Source: an uncultured Chloroflexia bacterium
Lineage (GTDB): Bacteria; Chloroflexota; Anaerolineae; Anaerolineales; UBA4823
NCBI GenBank assembly: GCA_963828845.1
Contig: CAWHGE010000016.1
Location: 12,302 to 76,301 of the forward strand
Reading direction: 5' to 3'
DNA length: 64,000 nucleotides
Position numbers and translations under genes: made by a program. A model generated the notes under the pieces. It was not told the DNA's origin, searched no databases, and saw nothing but the letters and a program-made list of their open reading frames with translations. Positions 1-11,433 of the stretch are shown here, in pieces (position 1 is the first letter of the stretch; every line of letters begins with the position of its first letter).

Positions 1-949
1 AGTACCCAACACCTGGTCATGCAGATGAGCCAGGTCTTCCAGCAAATGCTGAAGACGGGCAGCTTGGTCATCCATGCCCTGCGGTCAGATCTGCCAGGAG
101 CTTCGGATCCTGTGCTGCTCCACCAGCCAAGGCCTGGATGGCGGAACGCAGTGCTCCCAGAGGTCGCCCAAGCTCATGCACAAGGTTTGCTAATAGCTGC
201 TTACGGGCTTTCTCCAGGCTGCTCAAACGCTCATTCAGAGAAATTGAACGATTGTGCCAGGAGCTGGATTTCTTCTGGTCCACGTTCGACCACCTGCAGC
301 TTGCCGGTTTCCATGTGCCAGATCATTGATCGCCTGGGTCACCTGACGGATCGGCTTGCTCAGATTAACCGCCAGACTCCAACCAAGGATGATCCCGACC
401 AACAGCCCACCTGCCAGGATGCCTACAATCACATAACGTGAACGGGTAAATTCTGTGATAAAGGTGTTGTATAGGTATAAGACATGCGCAGGATGCCAAT
501 CAGCTGCTGGTTTTGATTGAGCACTGGCACAAATACATCAATAACCTCCGAAGGAGAGGAAGGTTGTAATAGGTGTAACTCGCCACCTGCCCGGCACGAG
601 CCTGGGCTACTCCTGCAAAATCAAGGAACATACCAAGCATTTGTGCTTCTGTGGGATCGGATGAAGCCAGCAGCTGCCCTCCAGGAGTAATGAACTCCAC
701 CCTGGCACTGATGTCATGCCGTAAATGGGTTAGGTAATATTCTGCATATGCCGGGTTTGTCCACAGCTCTGCCTCATCGCCAGCCACATTCGCCAGGAGA
801 ACTGCATTGGTCATCAATGCTTTCGATAGGCTGGGAAGCAACACACGCGTTTCAATCAGGTTGGTCAGTGCCACCCCGATGATCGGGATGATGACAAGCA
901 AGGGTAATGCATGGCTGAGGATCAGTCTTGAACGCAAGTTGCGAAACAT
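1..949 (-). pseudogene. sensor histidine kinase (3' part outside window); frame broken several times as assembled
   Basis: Minus-strand pieces 500-949 (TM/sensor N-terminus), 235-432 (HAMP-like) and 68-283 (H-box VHELGRPL) follow each other in different frames. There is another shift near 70. The ATG overlaps the stop of the upstream response regulator (ATGA at 949). Confidence 0.8.
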
Positions 950-1663
950 CAGATCACCTCCGGCATCAGCTTATAACCCACCCCACGCACCGTCAGAATT
1001 CGGCGTGGGTGATTGGCTACCCGCTCGATTTTCTCCCGCAACCAGCGAATATGGACATACACCACCTGTGGTTGACCAATGAACTCAGCCCCCCACACCG
1101 TCCCAAGCAGCTCATCCACAGTGAATACCCGTCCCGGCTGAAGTGCCAGGGCATGCAAGAGGTCGAATTCCCTGCGTGGCAGATCGATCTGCTTTCCACG
1201 CCAGGGTCACCGAATGGCTTTCACGGGTCCACCACCAGGTCACCAACCACCAAGGTGCACGTGGTTGGTAGCCTGAACAGCCGTGGAAAATGTGGTGCGC
1301 TCGAAACGACGTAGCACCGCCTTGATATGTGCCACCAGGACGTTAAAATCAAATGGCTTGGTGATGTAATCATCCCCACCCAGCTCCAGACCCAGGGCTT
1401 CATCCAGCTCACGGCGACGGGCAGTGACAAAAATAACCGGCAGGTCAAATTGATCTTTAAGCTGGCGCATGGCATCCAATCCATCCATGACAGGCAGGCT
1501 GATATCCAACAACACCAGGTCAGGTCTATCCAGGCGCACCTGCGAGAGTGCAGTTTCGGCACTTTCGGCTGTGCTGGTACGATAACCAGCCTGTTCCAGG
1601 TTGAATGCCAGGCTGCGCCGTCATCAAGGCATCATCATCAACGATCAGGATATGTTTTGCCAT
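949..1663 (-). pseudogene. OmpR-family response regulator; frame-disrupted as assembled
   Basis: N-terminus MAKHILIVDDD starts at 1663. The receiver core is in ORF 1240-1539 (DLVLLDISLPVMDG, ITKPF). The winged-helix C-terminus is in ORF 949-1158 (VYVHIRWLREKI, RGVGYKL). The three pieces lie in different frames. Confidence 0.85.
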
Positions 1664-1751
1664 ACGATCCTTCGCTTTAGTGTTATTCCATCACAATTCA
1701 TACATGTTAGTATAACGAACATTTTCAAATTTGCGTATATAATATTCATCA

Positions 1752-3856
1752 ATGCCCCCCAAGATTAACCGTATTCTCATCCCTTCATCATCTTAGTCGA
1801 CTGCTTAGCCTCGGCAGTCAGATCTTATCTCTGCGCAAGCACCTGCCACTCGCTCCTACTTTCCCATTATCTCCCTCGACCCCAGCGGATGGATTGGACC
1901 TTATGGAGGATATATTGTTGCAACCGCCGTCGACCCATCCAATCCACAGGTGGTTTATGCTGGATCATGGGGGTCTGGCGTGTTTAAAAGCACGGATGGA
2001 GGGCTCAATTGGCATTCCGTAAACCATGGTTTGACTAATCTCTATATCAATTCACTGGCAATTGATCCTACTCATCCATCCACCATATATGCTGGAACAT
2101 ATCACAGCCAGGTGTATAAATCACAGGATGGTGGGAATTCATGGGTTTGGTCTGGGTCGGGTATGCAGGATCAAGCCGTGGTTTACACCATCGCCATCGA
2201 TCCATTTGAGACGTCTACAATCTACGCTGGCACCCGGGGTGTTTCCAATAATAACAATCCAACCATGGAATGGTGTGGTTTATAAGTCCGATGATGCTGG
2301 TGACACCTGGATTCCTAACTTATCGAATGTGGGTGGTGAAGATGCTCAGGATTGGGTTTACTCGCTGGTTGTCGATCCAAATGCCCACGACACTATCTAT
2401 GCGGCTACGCATGAACATGGACCCTTACAAAAGCTCCGACTATGGAGGTACCTGGTCTACCATCCAAAATGGAATAAACAACCTTTCCGGCAGGGCGATC
2501 TTAATCAGTCCGGATTATAGTCATGGAACCACACTCTTTTATGGGGTATGGCACTTTGACACGGTATACAAATCTCTTAATGCAGGTGGTTCTTGGTTCC
2601 TTCCCGACCCGGAGATTCCCTGGGCCAAGGTGTACAGTATCGCTATCAACCCCATACATACTGGTACTGTGTATCTGGCAACCTTTGATCAAGGGATAAT
2701 GAAGACTGTGGATGGTGGTCTAACCTGGATACCCAGTGGTTTGCAGGCCGATCCGATCTACAATGTCGTCATCAATCCTATCTCTTCAGAGAATCTCTTC
2801 GCTGGCACATATGGAGATGGTCTCTATCGCAGCCTGGATGCTGGTTCAAGCTGGCAATCCAGCAACACAGGAATCGAAAATTCCATGGTGACTTCGATTG
2901 TCCTTTCTCCAACAAATCCTGCTACGATCTACGCCAGCCTGTTTGGTGCAGGTGTGTATCAATCAACTAATCGAGGTCAAACCTGGAGCGAGTTAAACGT
3001 TGGCCTTTCAGACAAATTCGTGCATGATTTGGTAAGGAATCCTGCCCAACCTTGGCTGCTGTATGCTATGACCGATACTGGTGGCTTGTATCAGAATGAC
3101 TTGAATGCTGGTAGTGGTTGGGTCAGCATTGGGCAGGGACTACCGTTAACAAGTACCCATACGCCTGCTTTTCCCGCTGACCATCCTTTCGCCACTCGGG
3201 AGATGCAGGAAGCCTTCGCCACCCCACTTGAGACTACAACCAACAGTCAATTAGCAAGTGTCAACTTGTTGACGATGATTTATGCTCCTTCCAATCCACA
3301 AATTGCCTATTTGGGCACGGGTGGCTCGGGAGTATATAGAAGCATCAATGGTGGTGCAGGCTGGCAGCCCGCCGGTTTGGGTGGAGAATCCATCCTAGAC
3401 TTGGCAGTTGATCAGGCGGACAGCAATCTGGTTTATGCAGTTACAGATATCCCTGGCAGTATAAAGATCAGCACAAATGGCGGATCTACATGGATGGACT
3501 CTTACCAGCCCTTTATTTTTTATTCATTAGCAGCCTCCCCTATAAAATCACATGACCTGTATGCAGGCACAAACAACGGGATTTATCGCTACTATTCTGG
3601 TAGCTGGACACCCATAGGGCTGCCTGGTCAGGAGGTGACATCCCTGATGATTGATCCTTCCCAGGCAAATTTGATCTATGCAGGTACAACCTCTGGGGCT
3701 TATTATTCTCTGGATTCAGGTCACACCTGGAATTTTGTCGATGAACGCTTAAGGTACCAAACCATTCAATCCATAAGCATAGATCCAACCACCCCCAATC
3801 TGGTTTATTTTGGAACCAAGACCCATGGGATATTCCTGGTGTGGATTAGGGTTTGA
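1752..3856 (+). pseudogene. exported BNR/Asp-box beta-propeller repeat protein (Ycf48/sialidase-like); frame-disrupted near the 5' end
   Basis: Many repeats of the type YAGTxxxGVYKSxDGGxxW occur across ORFs 1950-2285, 2062-2520 and 2270-3856. A signal-peptide-like N-terminus starts at the ATG at 1752. There are at least 4 frame changes before 2450; 2450-3856 is uninterrupted. Confidence 0.7.
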
Positions 3857-3910
3857 GTTTTAATGATTCATTCTGAAAGATGATGTAACTACTTTGCTCC
3901 ATAATATAGC

Positions 3911-5066
3911 ATGATATATTTCCACAATGCCACCCTGTATACTCCATCGGGGATGCTTGATCACGGTGCCATGATTGTCAGTGGAGAGACAATCACAGCA
4001 TTAGGCTCTGAGCATGATTTATCCTGCCCGCCGAACACCTCGCGCTTTGATGCCAGTGGACAGTACCTGGTCCCGGGATTCATTGACTTGCAGATCAACG
4101 GTGCATTCGGTATGGATTTCACCTTCGATCCGGAATCCATTTGGCAGGTGGGAGAACAAATAATCCGCTTTGGAGTGACTTCTTTCCTTCCCACCATTAT
4201 CTCTTCTCCACCAGAAACCACACGTATAGCTCAGTCAGTCATACAAAAGGGACCTCCTGCAAATTACCATGGTGCCAGGGTTATTGGATTACACCTCGAG
4301 GGTCCTTATCTCAATCCTGAAAAACATGGAGCCCATAATCCAGATTATTTATGTCTACCAGAACCTGAAATATACGGTCACTGGAGCCCAGCCACCTCTG
4401 TGCGTCTGGTGACCCTTGCACCCGAGCTATCGGGCGCTATAACCGCAGTACACACCCTGGTCAAACATGGTGTCGTGGTCAGTGCAGGACATTCACAAGC
4501 TAGTTTTAGCCAATCGCAAGCAGGCTTTGAAGCAGGCATCCGTTATGGTACCCATTTGTTCAACGCCATGCCAGCATTTGACCATCGTCAGCCAGGTTTA
4601 GTTGGGGCACTCCTGGCTGATCAACGCCTCACTTCCGGCATAATCGTTGACGGTATCCACGTGCATCCCGCAACAGTAAATCTTGCCTGGAAGGTACTTG
4701 GCGAATCGCGGCACCAGCCTTGTGACAGATGCCATGGCCGCCCTTGGAATGCCCCCAGGCGAATATCAGCTTGGTGGGCGTAAAGTGTTTGTGGATGGTT
4801 CGTCTGCCAAACTTGCAGATGGCACCCTGGCTGGCAGCCTGTTAAGCCTGGACCAGGCGATGCGTAACCTGATCAAATTTACCGGTTGCAGCCTCGAGGA
4901 AGCTTTAGCTGCTATTACCTATGTGCCTGCCCGTCTGCTCGGGTTGAATTCGTCATTGGGGAATCTGTTAGGGGGTACCAAAGCGGACTTGGTGTTGCTG
5001 AGCCATGATTTGCAAATAACAGCAGTTTGGCTCAACGGTCATCAGATTTTTTCAGCTCCGGTGTAA
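3911..5066 (+). pseudogene. nagA: N-acetylglucosamine-6-phosphate deacetylase; one frame change near 4700
   Basis: Amidohydrolase motifs are present: PGFIDLQINGAFG, HLEGPYLNPEKHGAH, SAGHSQA, THLFNAM, then LVTDAMAA and DGTLAGS in ORF 4683-5066 in another frame. Confidence 0.85.
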
Positions 5067-5256
5067 TCATTACCCTTTTTTCACCATGAGACCTGAATAT
5101 TGCTGGATACCAACAAAAGGTGTGCTATTAATCCCTCTGGTATGATTCATGCACACTCTCAGATACATATGCAATCACACACAAACAAGTATAAACACAT
5201 GATATTTTATCCGCCCTATAGCTCAAGTCATCATAGCTCCTATAAGGAGTTGGCTT

Positions 5257-5499
5257 ATGGCGATTAATGATGAACTCGTTGATACAATGCGCTCCACAGT
5301 AGGCAGTTTGGAAGTCCAAGATTCGTGTTTGTTCACCGATCCATTATGGACGGTTGATGACGTGGCTGATTATCTCAAGCTACAACCCGAAACCATCCGC
5401 TCCATGGCCCGTCGAGGAGAGCTGCCCGCTCTCAAGATTGGTAAGGTGTGGCGTTTTCAACGGCACGCCATCCATGAAATGCTTGTTAATATGTATTGA
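5257..5499 (+). CDS. small helix-turn-helix DNA-binding protein (excisionase/MerR-like HTH family)
   Basis: The sequence WTVDDVADYLKLQPETIRSMARRGELPALKIGKVWRF is the typical excisionase-family HTH signature. There is no integrase nearby. Confidence 0.6.
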   Translation: MAINDELVDTMRSTVGSLEVQDSCLFTDPLWTVDDVADYLKLQPETIRSMARRGELPALKIGKVWRFQRHAIHEMLVNMY

Positions 5500-5738
5500 T
5501 GTAATTACCATCCTGCGCTTCCGGAATTGTCAGCTTCTCCTCTAGAGTAAAAGATGATGATAATATCCAGGAAGCGAACAACCAAAACCTGACCATTAAT
5601 CCTGGCCTCAGGTGTAAAAATTACAACTGATCGACATTCTAAAGAGAGTGTCGGAATGACGGAGTATGTAAGGATCTTCTCAATGGCAATAACGCTCCAA
5701 AACTAGTTATAGAAATTCGTATTTTTAAGGAGTCAATT

Positions 5739-7533
5739 ATGGTGATCTGTCCCAAGTGTAAGGCAGAAAATCGTCCTGAAGCTGCATTTTGCTCGCGTCT
5801 GCGGCACGATTTTATTCGCCCAGCCGGCACCATCCAAACTTCCAGAGCAACCTACCCAATCTATGCCTTCAGAGCAAGTTGCTACAGGCCAATCTCCAGA
5901 GCTGCTGGTACCAATGAACCTTGCAGAGGAAACGACTCAACCTGCCCCGGTGGCGCTGGAGGTCCTCCCCAAGGGTTTACAGCCACGAATGGTAGGATCA
6001 ATATTTGGTGATCGCTTCCAATACGATTCCCAATTATTCCAGGACGAGCATGAGATTCGCTATACTGTCACCGAGTTGATGCAGCCCGACTCTCCCCCTG
6101 TCCGGATTTGTTCCAATCCAGAATGTCGCACGATCCACTCACCTGTTGGTTTAGAACCTGAAAATTTCTGTACCCAATGCGGTTATCCCCTGGAAGAGCG
6201 ATCTCTATTATTCCTGCTCCAGGAGGTAGATATTGATAAGTTTGGCACAATTCAGACAGTGATCGACCTTCATCTGGTACATCCGAATATTCATCCCCCA
6301 GTGGCAACCTTTCAGCAAGAGCTATCAGATGGTGCCCGCTATTGCCTGGTTACCCCGTTTTCCCGCGATTTACCGTCCCCACCCGAAATATCTGATGTGT
6401 TGGATTGGGGTATAAAGCTAGCTACAGCACTCGATTATTTACAAGCAAAAGGGATTGCTTTAGGAGAAGAGGTTGATCCATCCAGTATCGGACTGGTGGA
6501 GAACAATGTTGTCTGGAGAAATTTCGAATCAGCTCGTGTCTTACCCATGCTGACAGACCGGGAAAAGACCAACAATGTGCGCTTGCTTGTCCTTGTGATG
6601 TATCTACTGATGAGTGGTAGTACCACATACTGCAGGGATCCGTATCTACCTCAAGCATTGAATGACTTATTCGAGAAGGCGTTGGTCGGCGAAGGCTTTT
6701 TAAGTGGAGCCGATCTTGCTCAACAAATTGAATTGGTGAAATCTGGCGGTATAGAGCGCTTGATCCTGGATTATCAGGTGGGTAGACGTACCCATCCAGG
6801 AAAGGTCCGTACGCATAACGAGGATAGCTTGCTCAGCATTGAGCTGAGCCGCAATAACCAAGGCACAATAACGCCCTGTGGTTTATTCGCCATCGCTGAT
6901 GGCATGGGCGGTCATGCCTCCGGTGATCTGGCAAGCAGTCTGGTCATTAATGCCATCGCACAAAAAGCAGCTTGCGAGATAGTAGTTATGCAGAATCCGT
7001 CGTTTGAAGATCATAGTAATTGGCTCAAACAATCTGTCCAGACAGCTAACCAGGTAGTGTACGAAGCCCGGCAAAAAGCAGGTAATGATATGGGAACGAC
7101 CCTTGTCCTGGGTTTGCTGATCGGCACCCAAGCATATCTGGCTCACCTGGGAGATAGCCGAATATACCTTGTTAATAAGGGATCCATCCAGCTATTGACC
7201 ACCGATCATTCCCTGGTCCAGCACATGGTCACTGCCGGACAGATCAGCTCAGAAGAAGCCCGCTATCACCCACAACGAAACGTGATCTACCGTAGCCTGG
7301 GTGAAAAGCCCGTAGTTGAGGTGAATTGTTTCAGCCAACAGCTTTTCCCACACGATCGGCTGGTTTTGTGTTCCGATGGGCTCACCAACGTGCTTGATGA
7401 CCAGAATTTACAAAAAATCATCCTGGAAGCCAGTTCACCCCAGGCAGCTTGCGATTTATTAATCGATGCGGCAAATTCAGCCGGTGGTGAAGATAATATT
7501 TCTGTTATTGTGATCGAAGTTATTTCGGTTTAG
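5739..7533 (+). pseudogene. zinc-ribbon / kinase-like (degenerate) / PP2C serine-threonine phosphatase fusion; one frame change near 5800
   Basis: N-terminal CPKCKAENRPEAAFCSR(C)G is restored by a 1-nt shift into ORF 5863-7533. A second ribbon reads CSNPECRT..CTQCG. The middle domain resembles a protein kinase but lacks HRD and DFG. The C-terminus has PP2C motifs RTHNEDS, ADGMGGH, GDSRIYL, CSDGL and GGEDNISVIV. Confidence 0.8.
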
Positions 7534-7546
7534 TATAGGATGAGCA

Positions 7547-8428
7547 ATGTCTACATCGACTCCTTTAATGGTAAAGAATCATAAAATCCTTGGGGCACTG
7601 ATCTTCCTGTCTTTGGCAATTATCTTCGCAGGAGCTGCTTGTAATTCGTCCGGCACTTCGATTGAGATTACCCCAACCATGACCAATGAAACTATTAGCA
7701 AGCCGATAAATATCACCGCTACCAGCCAGGCTATTGTAATTCCCACAATATCCGTTTCGCCCAGTACGTCCATTGAACCTACTCAGATACCCAGCCTCAC
7801 GCCTACCCGCGTGCCTACCAAGACTGCGACGAATACACCGTCCTTAACTCCAACCCAGACCTCTCCACCCACCGCGACTCCCACATATGCCATCCTCAGA
7901 GCTACCGTCCTGGAGCAAGCCAACTGCCGGTATGGACCCGGTGCAGCTTATTTATATAAATATGGCTTGTATGCTGACTTTAACATCGAAGTCATTGGTC
8001 GCAATGAGCCAGGTACCTGGGTTGTAATCCAGGGAATTGGCGGAACTAACCCGTGTTGGGTAAAAACATCATTACTAAATATCCATGGGGATGTGATGAG
8101 TCTTGCTCCTGCTTCGCTACCCTTACCTGAGTCACCGTATTATGGACCAGTGACCGGTGTGTCAGCCGTGCGGAAAGGAGACTCTGTGATTATATCTTGG
8201 GACCCGATCAACCTCAGGGCTGGGGATGACTCGTTGCAATACCCCTATCTCATCGAAGCCTGGCTATGCCAGGATGGCCTGCTCACATTTACCCCAATTG
8301 GCTCCTGGGAAACCATTGTGACCGTTCAAGATGAACCCGGGTGCTCAGAAGCCTCACATGCCAGAGTGTACGGGGTAGAAAAGCACGGTTATACCGCCTG
8401 GGTGACAGTTCCATGGCCTGTTGAATAA
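7547..8428 (+). CDS. membrane-anchored protein with Thr/Pro-rich linker and SH3b-like plus beta-sandwich domains
   Basis: 290-aa ORF starting 14 bp after the PP2C gene. It has an N-terminal TM segment and a T/P/S-rich linker. The segment CRYGPGAAYLYKYGLYADFNIEVIGRNEPGTWVVIQ resembles a bacterial SH3 domain. Confidence 0.6.
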   Translation: MSTSTPLMVKNHKILGALIFLSLAIIFAGAACNSSGTSIEITPTMTNETISKPINITATSQAIVIPTISVSPSTSIEPTQIPSLTPTRVPTKTATNTPSLTPTQTSPPTATPTYAILRATVLEQANCRYGPGAAYLYKYGLYADFNIEVIGRNEPGTWVVIQGIGGTNPCWVKTSLLNIHGDVMSLAPASLPLPESPYYGPVTGVSAVRKGDSVIISWDPINLRAGDDSLQYPYLIEAWLCQDGLLTFTPIGSWETIVTVQDEPGCSEASHARVYGVEKHGYTAWVTVPWPVE

Positions 8429-8678
8429 CGTACTGGAGATATCCCAAACAAAGGGGTATAGTAGAATTAACCTGGATTTAATGAAACATCATCATTTCAG
8501 GACTGAGGTATAACATTCGTGCTTAGTTGATCAAAACACATTTAGTTTAGTTATTCTGGTTGGATCCGTTCTGGATAATTATTAATATATCGAAGTTGCC
8601 TGATCCACCCTAAGTGTACTTAATACCTATGAAAGGGTTTCCTTCGCAAAGAAAACCATCGTATGAGGAGAATCTAGA

Positions 8679-8999
8679 ATGTCAAAAATCTGCCCTAACT
8701 GCCTACGCCCCGTGCGGACGGGAGCTAATTATTGTGGTTTCTGTGGCACCAGCCTGATACCAGCTACTCGTGATGCCTCTGCAGCTGAATCATTTGTTTC
8801 CCAGACTAGCGCCGGGACCAATGTGAGATCCAATTCCAGCTTGCGATCCAGCCCCAAACCCAGCAAGGCCAGGCGGCCCTGGGTAATCACACCGATTATT
8901 ATGCTATTTCTAGTGATCGCACTGGCATTGATTGTGCGTTTCTGGCCTGAAATCACCGCCAATCTATTTCACATCGTTTCGTCTATAAGGCTACCTTAG
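8679..8999 (+). CDS. zinc-ribbon protein with C-terminal TM helix
   Basis: It has CPNCLRPVRTGANYCGFCG at the N-terminus, a Ser-rich linker and one hydrophobic helix. GGAG lies upstream of the ATG. Confidence 0.6.
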   Translation: MSKICPNCLRPVRTGANYCGFCGTSLIPATRDASAAESFVSQTSAGTNVRSNSSLRSSPKPSKARRPWVITPIIMLFLVIALALIVRFWPEITANLFHIVSSIRLP

Positions 9000-9112
9000 G
9001 GTATCCCATAAAAAGCGATAATCATGCCGTACCTATATGCTATCAGAGGAAATCATCTTATAACATAATCCTCTTCAACAACAAATAACTTCATTCTTAG
9101 CTTTTTAAAAGA

Positions 9113-9147
9113 CTCCGACCAGTGTGGTACTGGCCGGAGTTTTTTTT
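9113..9147 (+). terminator. rho-independent terminator between convergent genes
   Basis: A 10-bp stem ctccgaccag/ctggccggag (one mismatch) with a 7-nt loop is followed by T8. Confidence 0.75.
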
Positions 9148-9301
9148 ATATCTTCTTCCATCGGCCCTTGCTTGATTAATTTCTCCTACAAGGGGTAGAA
9201 CTTGGTGAATGTTGCGAATATCAACGTTTCACCAGCTTGCATCCATAGATGGATAAACAGATAAGCGAGATAACATAAAACAACGAAAATCGTGAGTTGT
9301 T

Positions 9302-9859
9302 TTATTCTGCTTTCTTCGCTGGTTCAGGTTCTGGAGTAACTTCAACTGGCTTTTTCTTAGGTCGATCCCTGAATAACCCAGCCTGAATGATCATTCCTAG
9401 GACAAAGAGCACAAAAAATAGTACCACTCCCAATTGAGCCTGCAATCCAATGGCTTCAGTAACAAGTGTCGCACCTGCCCATGCAGAGAGCAGATAGAGA
9501 GCCCAATTGAACACACTCGCCACCAGTAGCAACCCAACAATGCCTCCAATGATAAAAGCCATCCAGTTGACTGGATCACCTTTGATTCCAAGCAGTCCGG
9601 ACAGGTATAAAGCGCCATACCCACCGACGATAAATCCCACCAGGGCAACCGCAAGATGCTGAAGGAAAGTGGCAAGGATTGCCCCTATCACTCCCCCTCC
9701 CAAAGCTACGACATAAACCAGCCACGGTGGATTAAGCTGTACGTATTGGGTCGCAAGCGCTAAACCGATGACAAACCCCACCACTGCCACGAAAAGCCAG
9801 TATAACTTTTTCCCTGTGGTCAACAGGACAACCCCCAAGACCAGGTTGATGATGTTCAT
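9302..9859 (-). CDS. polytopic membrane protein (DUF4203/TM7S3-like guess) with Lys/Pro/Glu tail
   Basis: 185-aa ORF, uniformly hydrophobic with Gly-rich helices. GGAGGAAAGGAA lies upstream of the ATG. Confidence 0.6.
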   Translation of the reverse strand: MNIINLVLGVVLLTTGKKLYWLFVAVVGFVIGLALATQYVQLNPPWLVYVVALGGGVIGAILATFLQHLAVALVGFIVGGYGALYLSGLLGIKGDPVNWMAFIIGGIVGLLLVASVFNWALYLLSAWAGATLVTEAIGLQAQLGVVLFFVLFVLGMIIQAGLFRDRPKKKPVEVTPEPEPAKKAE

Positions 9860-10001
9860 TTCCTTTCCTCCATGATAGTTATTTCAATCATATCTACGTG
9901 GTGGATGCAAAATAGATGCCAGGTTCACGGGTTTACCTCCCCTGATCAGCATTATTTTACACCCAATAGTTCCAATAAGTTATTCTTAACGCCTACAAAT
10001 A

Positions 10002-10853
10002 TTACCGCTTGATGATCCCCGCCCATAACAGCATTCCTCCCATTAAACAGAACCCAATCAAGGCTGGGATGGGCGAACCCCAGAAAATTAGCACTGCGAT
10101 GAATTCCACCAGCCAGGAGAGATCATACACCAGCACAAGCGATCCGCATGGCAGGCGCTTGGGTGAGATACCAAACGTGATCACTGCGGAAACAAGCAGC
10201 CAGCCAATGTAGTTCAGCCATGGGGTACCATAAAATTCCCCGCCCGGATTCCACCGCAAGAGATCCAAATGAACCAAAAGCGGGTCTAGAATAAATCCCC
10301 AAGCGGTGAAGGCAAGTGCACTTACCAGCACGAACGCTGGACGCATCAGGCAACCGCTCAACCTGTGCGTGATCAGTTTTGCTACTGCCCAGGCAGATGG
10401 CAGCATCATTAACCAGGCGAGTGGAATGAGGACCGGTACCTTCATGACTTGTGGCTGGAGTAAGGAGGTATACTGCATGTTTCCGTAGGGCAATCCACTC
10501 CGAATAACAATCGCTTGAACCGCCCAAGCCAATAAAACCACCCCAACTGCCGCCCTTAACATGCTCCACCATCCCCAGGCGCGGTAAAGCACATGCAGCA
10601 CGAATGCCAATTGGAGCAAGACTGCCAAAGCCAGACCTTGCAGAAGAGCTTGCTGACCAGAAATCACATTGAGTAGTGGTAAAGATAGCATTACCACCAG
10701 CCAGCTAACCAATAGAATTACCTGGTAACGCTCAAGACTGGAAATACTCTTACGCAGAAGTTGGATGAATTTAGTCATTCTGACTATTTGAATAGAATAC
10801 CCACTCAAGTCATCCGGATCAGATTTGGAAAGAATTATAATCCTGCAGCTCAC
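10002..10853 (-). CDS. polytopic membrane protein, unknown function
   Basis: An uninterrupted 283-aa ORF with about 7 hydrophobic segments. The start is more likely M26 (MTKFIQ, about 10778). Confidence 0.55.
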   Translation of the reverse strand: MSCRIIILSKSDPDDLSGYSIQIVRMTKFIQLLRKSISSLERYQVILLVSWLVVMLSLPLLNVISGQQALLQGLALAVLLQLAFVLHVLYRAWGWWSMLRAAVGVVLLAWAVQAIVIRSGLPYGNMQYTSLLQPQVMKVPVLIPLAWLMMLPSAWAVAKLITHRLSGCLMRPAFVLVSALAFTAWGFILDPLLVHLDLLRWNPGGEFYGTPWLNYIGWLLVSAVITFGISPKRLPCGSLVLVYDLSWLVEFIAVLIFWGSPIPALIGFCLMGGMLLWAGIIKR

Positions 10854-10935
10854 CCCTAACGAATATCTGGAAAATTGCGATTACTAGTTAATTTCCACCA
10901 ATATGTCTATAAATTCTTTTTCTATCGTACGGAAA

Positions 10936-11433
10936 TCAAACTGGCTTCTCTTCCACGGCGAAATCCCCCAATTCCACCTGCCCCAAGGCGCGAATAAAAT
11001 CATCCCGCTGCATGATCACCGTCGTATAGCGCACCCCCGAGCCAATTGAGATTTCCTCTTCATCAAGTGCACCCCGATCAACTAGAATGCGCAGTGCTTG
11101 GGTGGTACCAAACGGTGAGACTGCCCCTAGCGGGTAACCAGTGACTTCCCGCACCTCCATTTCCGTCGCCATGCTGATGCGTGAGGTGTCGAGGTGGTGG
11201 CGTAGAGCCTGCCAAGAGACCTGCCTCTCGCCTGCTACCAGCACCATGATAAAGCCACCCTCGCGAAAGACGAAACACGATACTGCGGATGATTTGCTCA
11301 GGGCGCTGACCCCGCTCTTGGGCTGCCTGCGTCAACGAATGCACCACCCCGGAATGCCTGAAGAACCGGTAGGGGATACCTTTCTCATCCAGGTAGCGCG
11401 TTACAGGCGTGAACGATTTTCCTCAATGCTCAT
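10936..11433 (-). pseudogene. YbaK/EbsC-type aminoacyl-tRNA editing (deacylase) domain protein; frame-disrupted
   Basis: Signature segments [47 protein letters not shown] and ISIGSGV are spread over three frames. The ATG overlaps the MFS stop (ATGA at 11430-11433). Confidence 0.75.

Noticed and set aside
5257-5499. Excisionase-type HTH gene as a marker of a prophage or integrative element
   Set aside because: There is no integrase, no phage genes and no att-like repeats nearby. This HTH family also occurs as stand-alone regulators.
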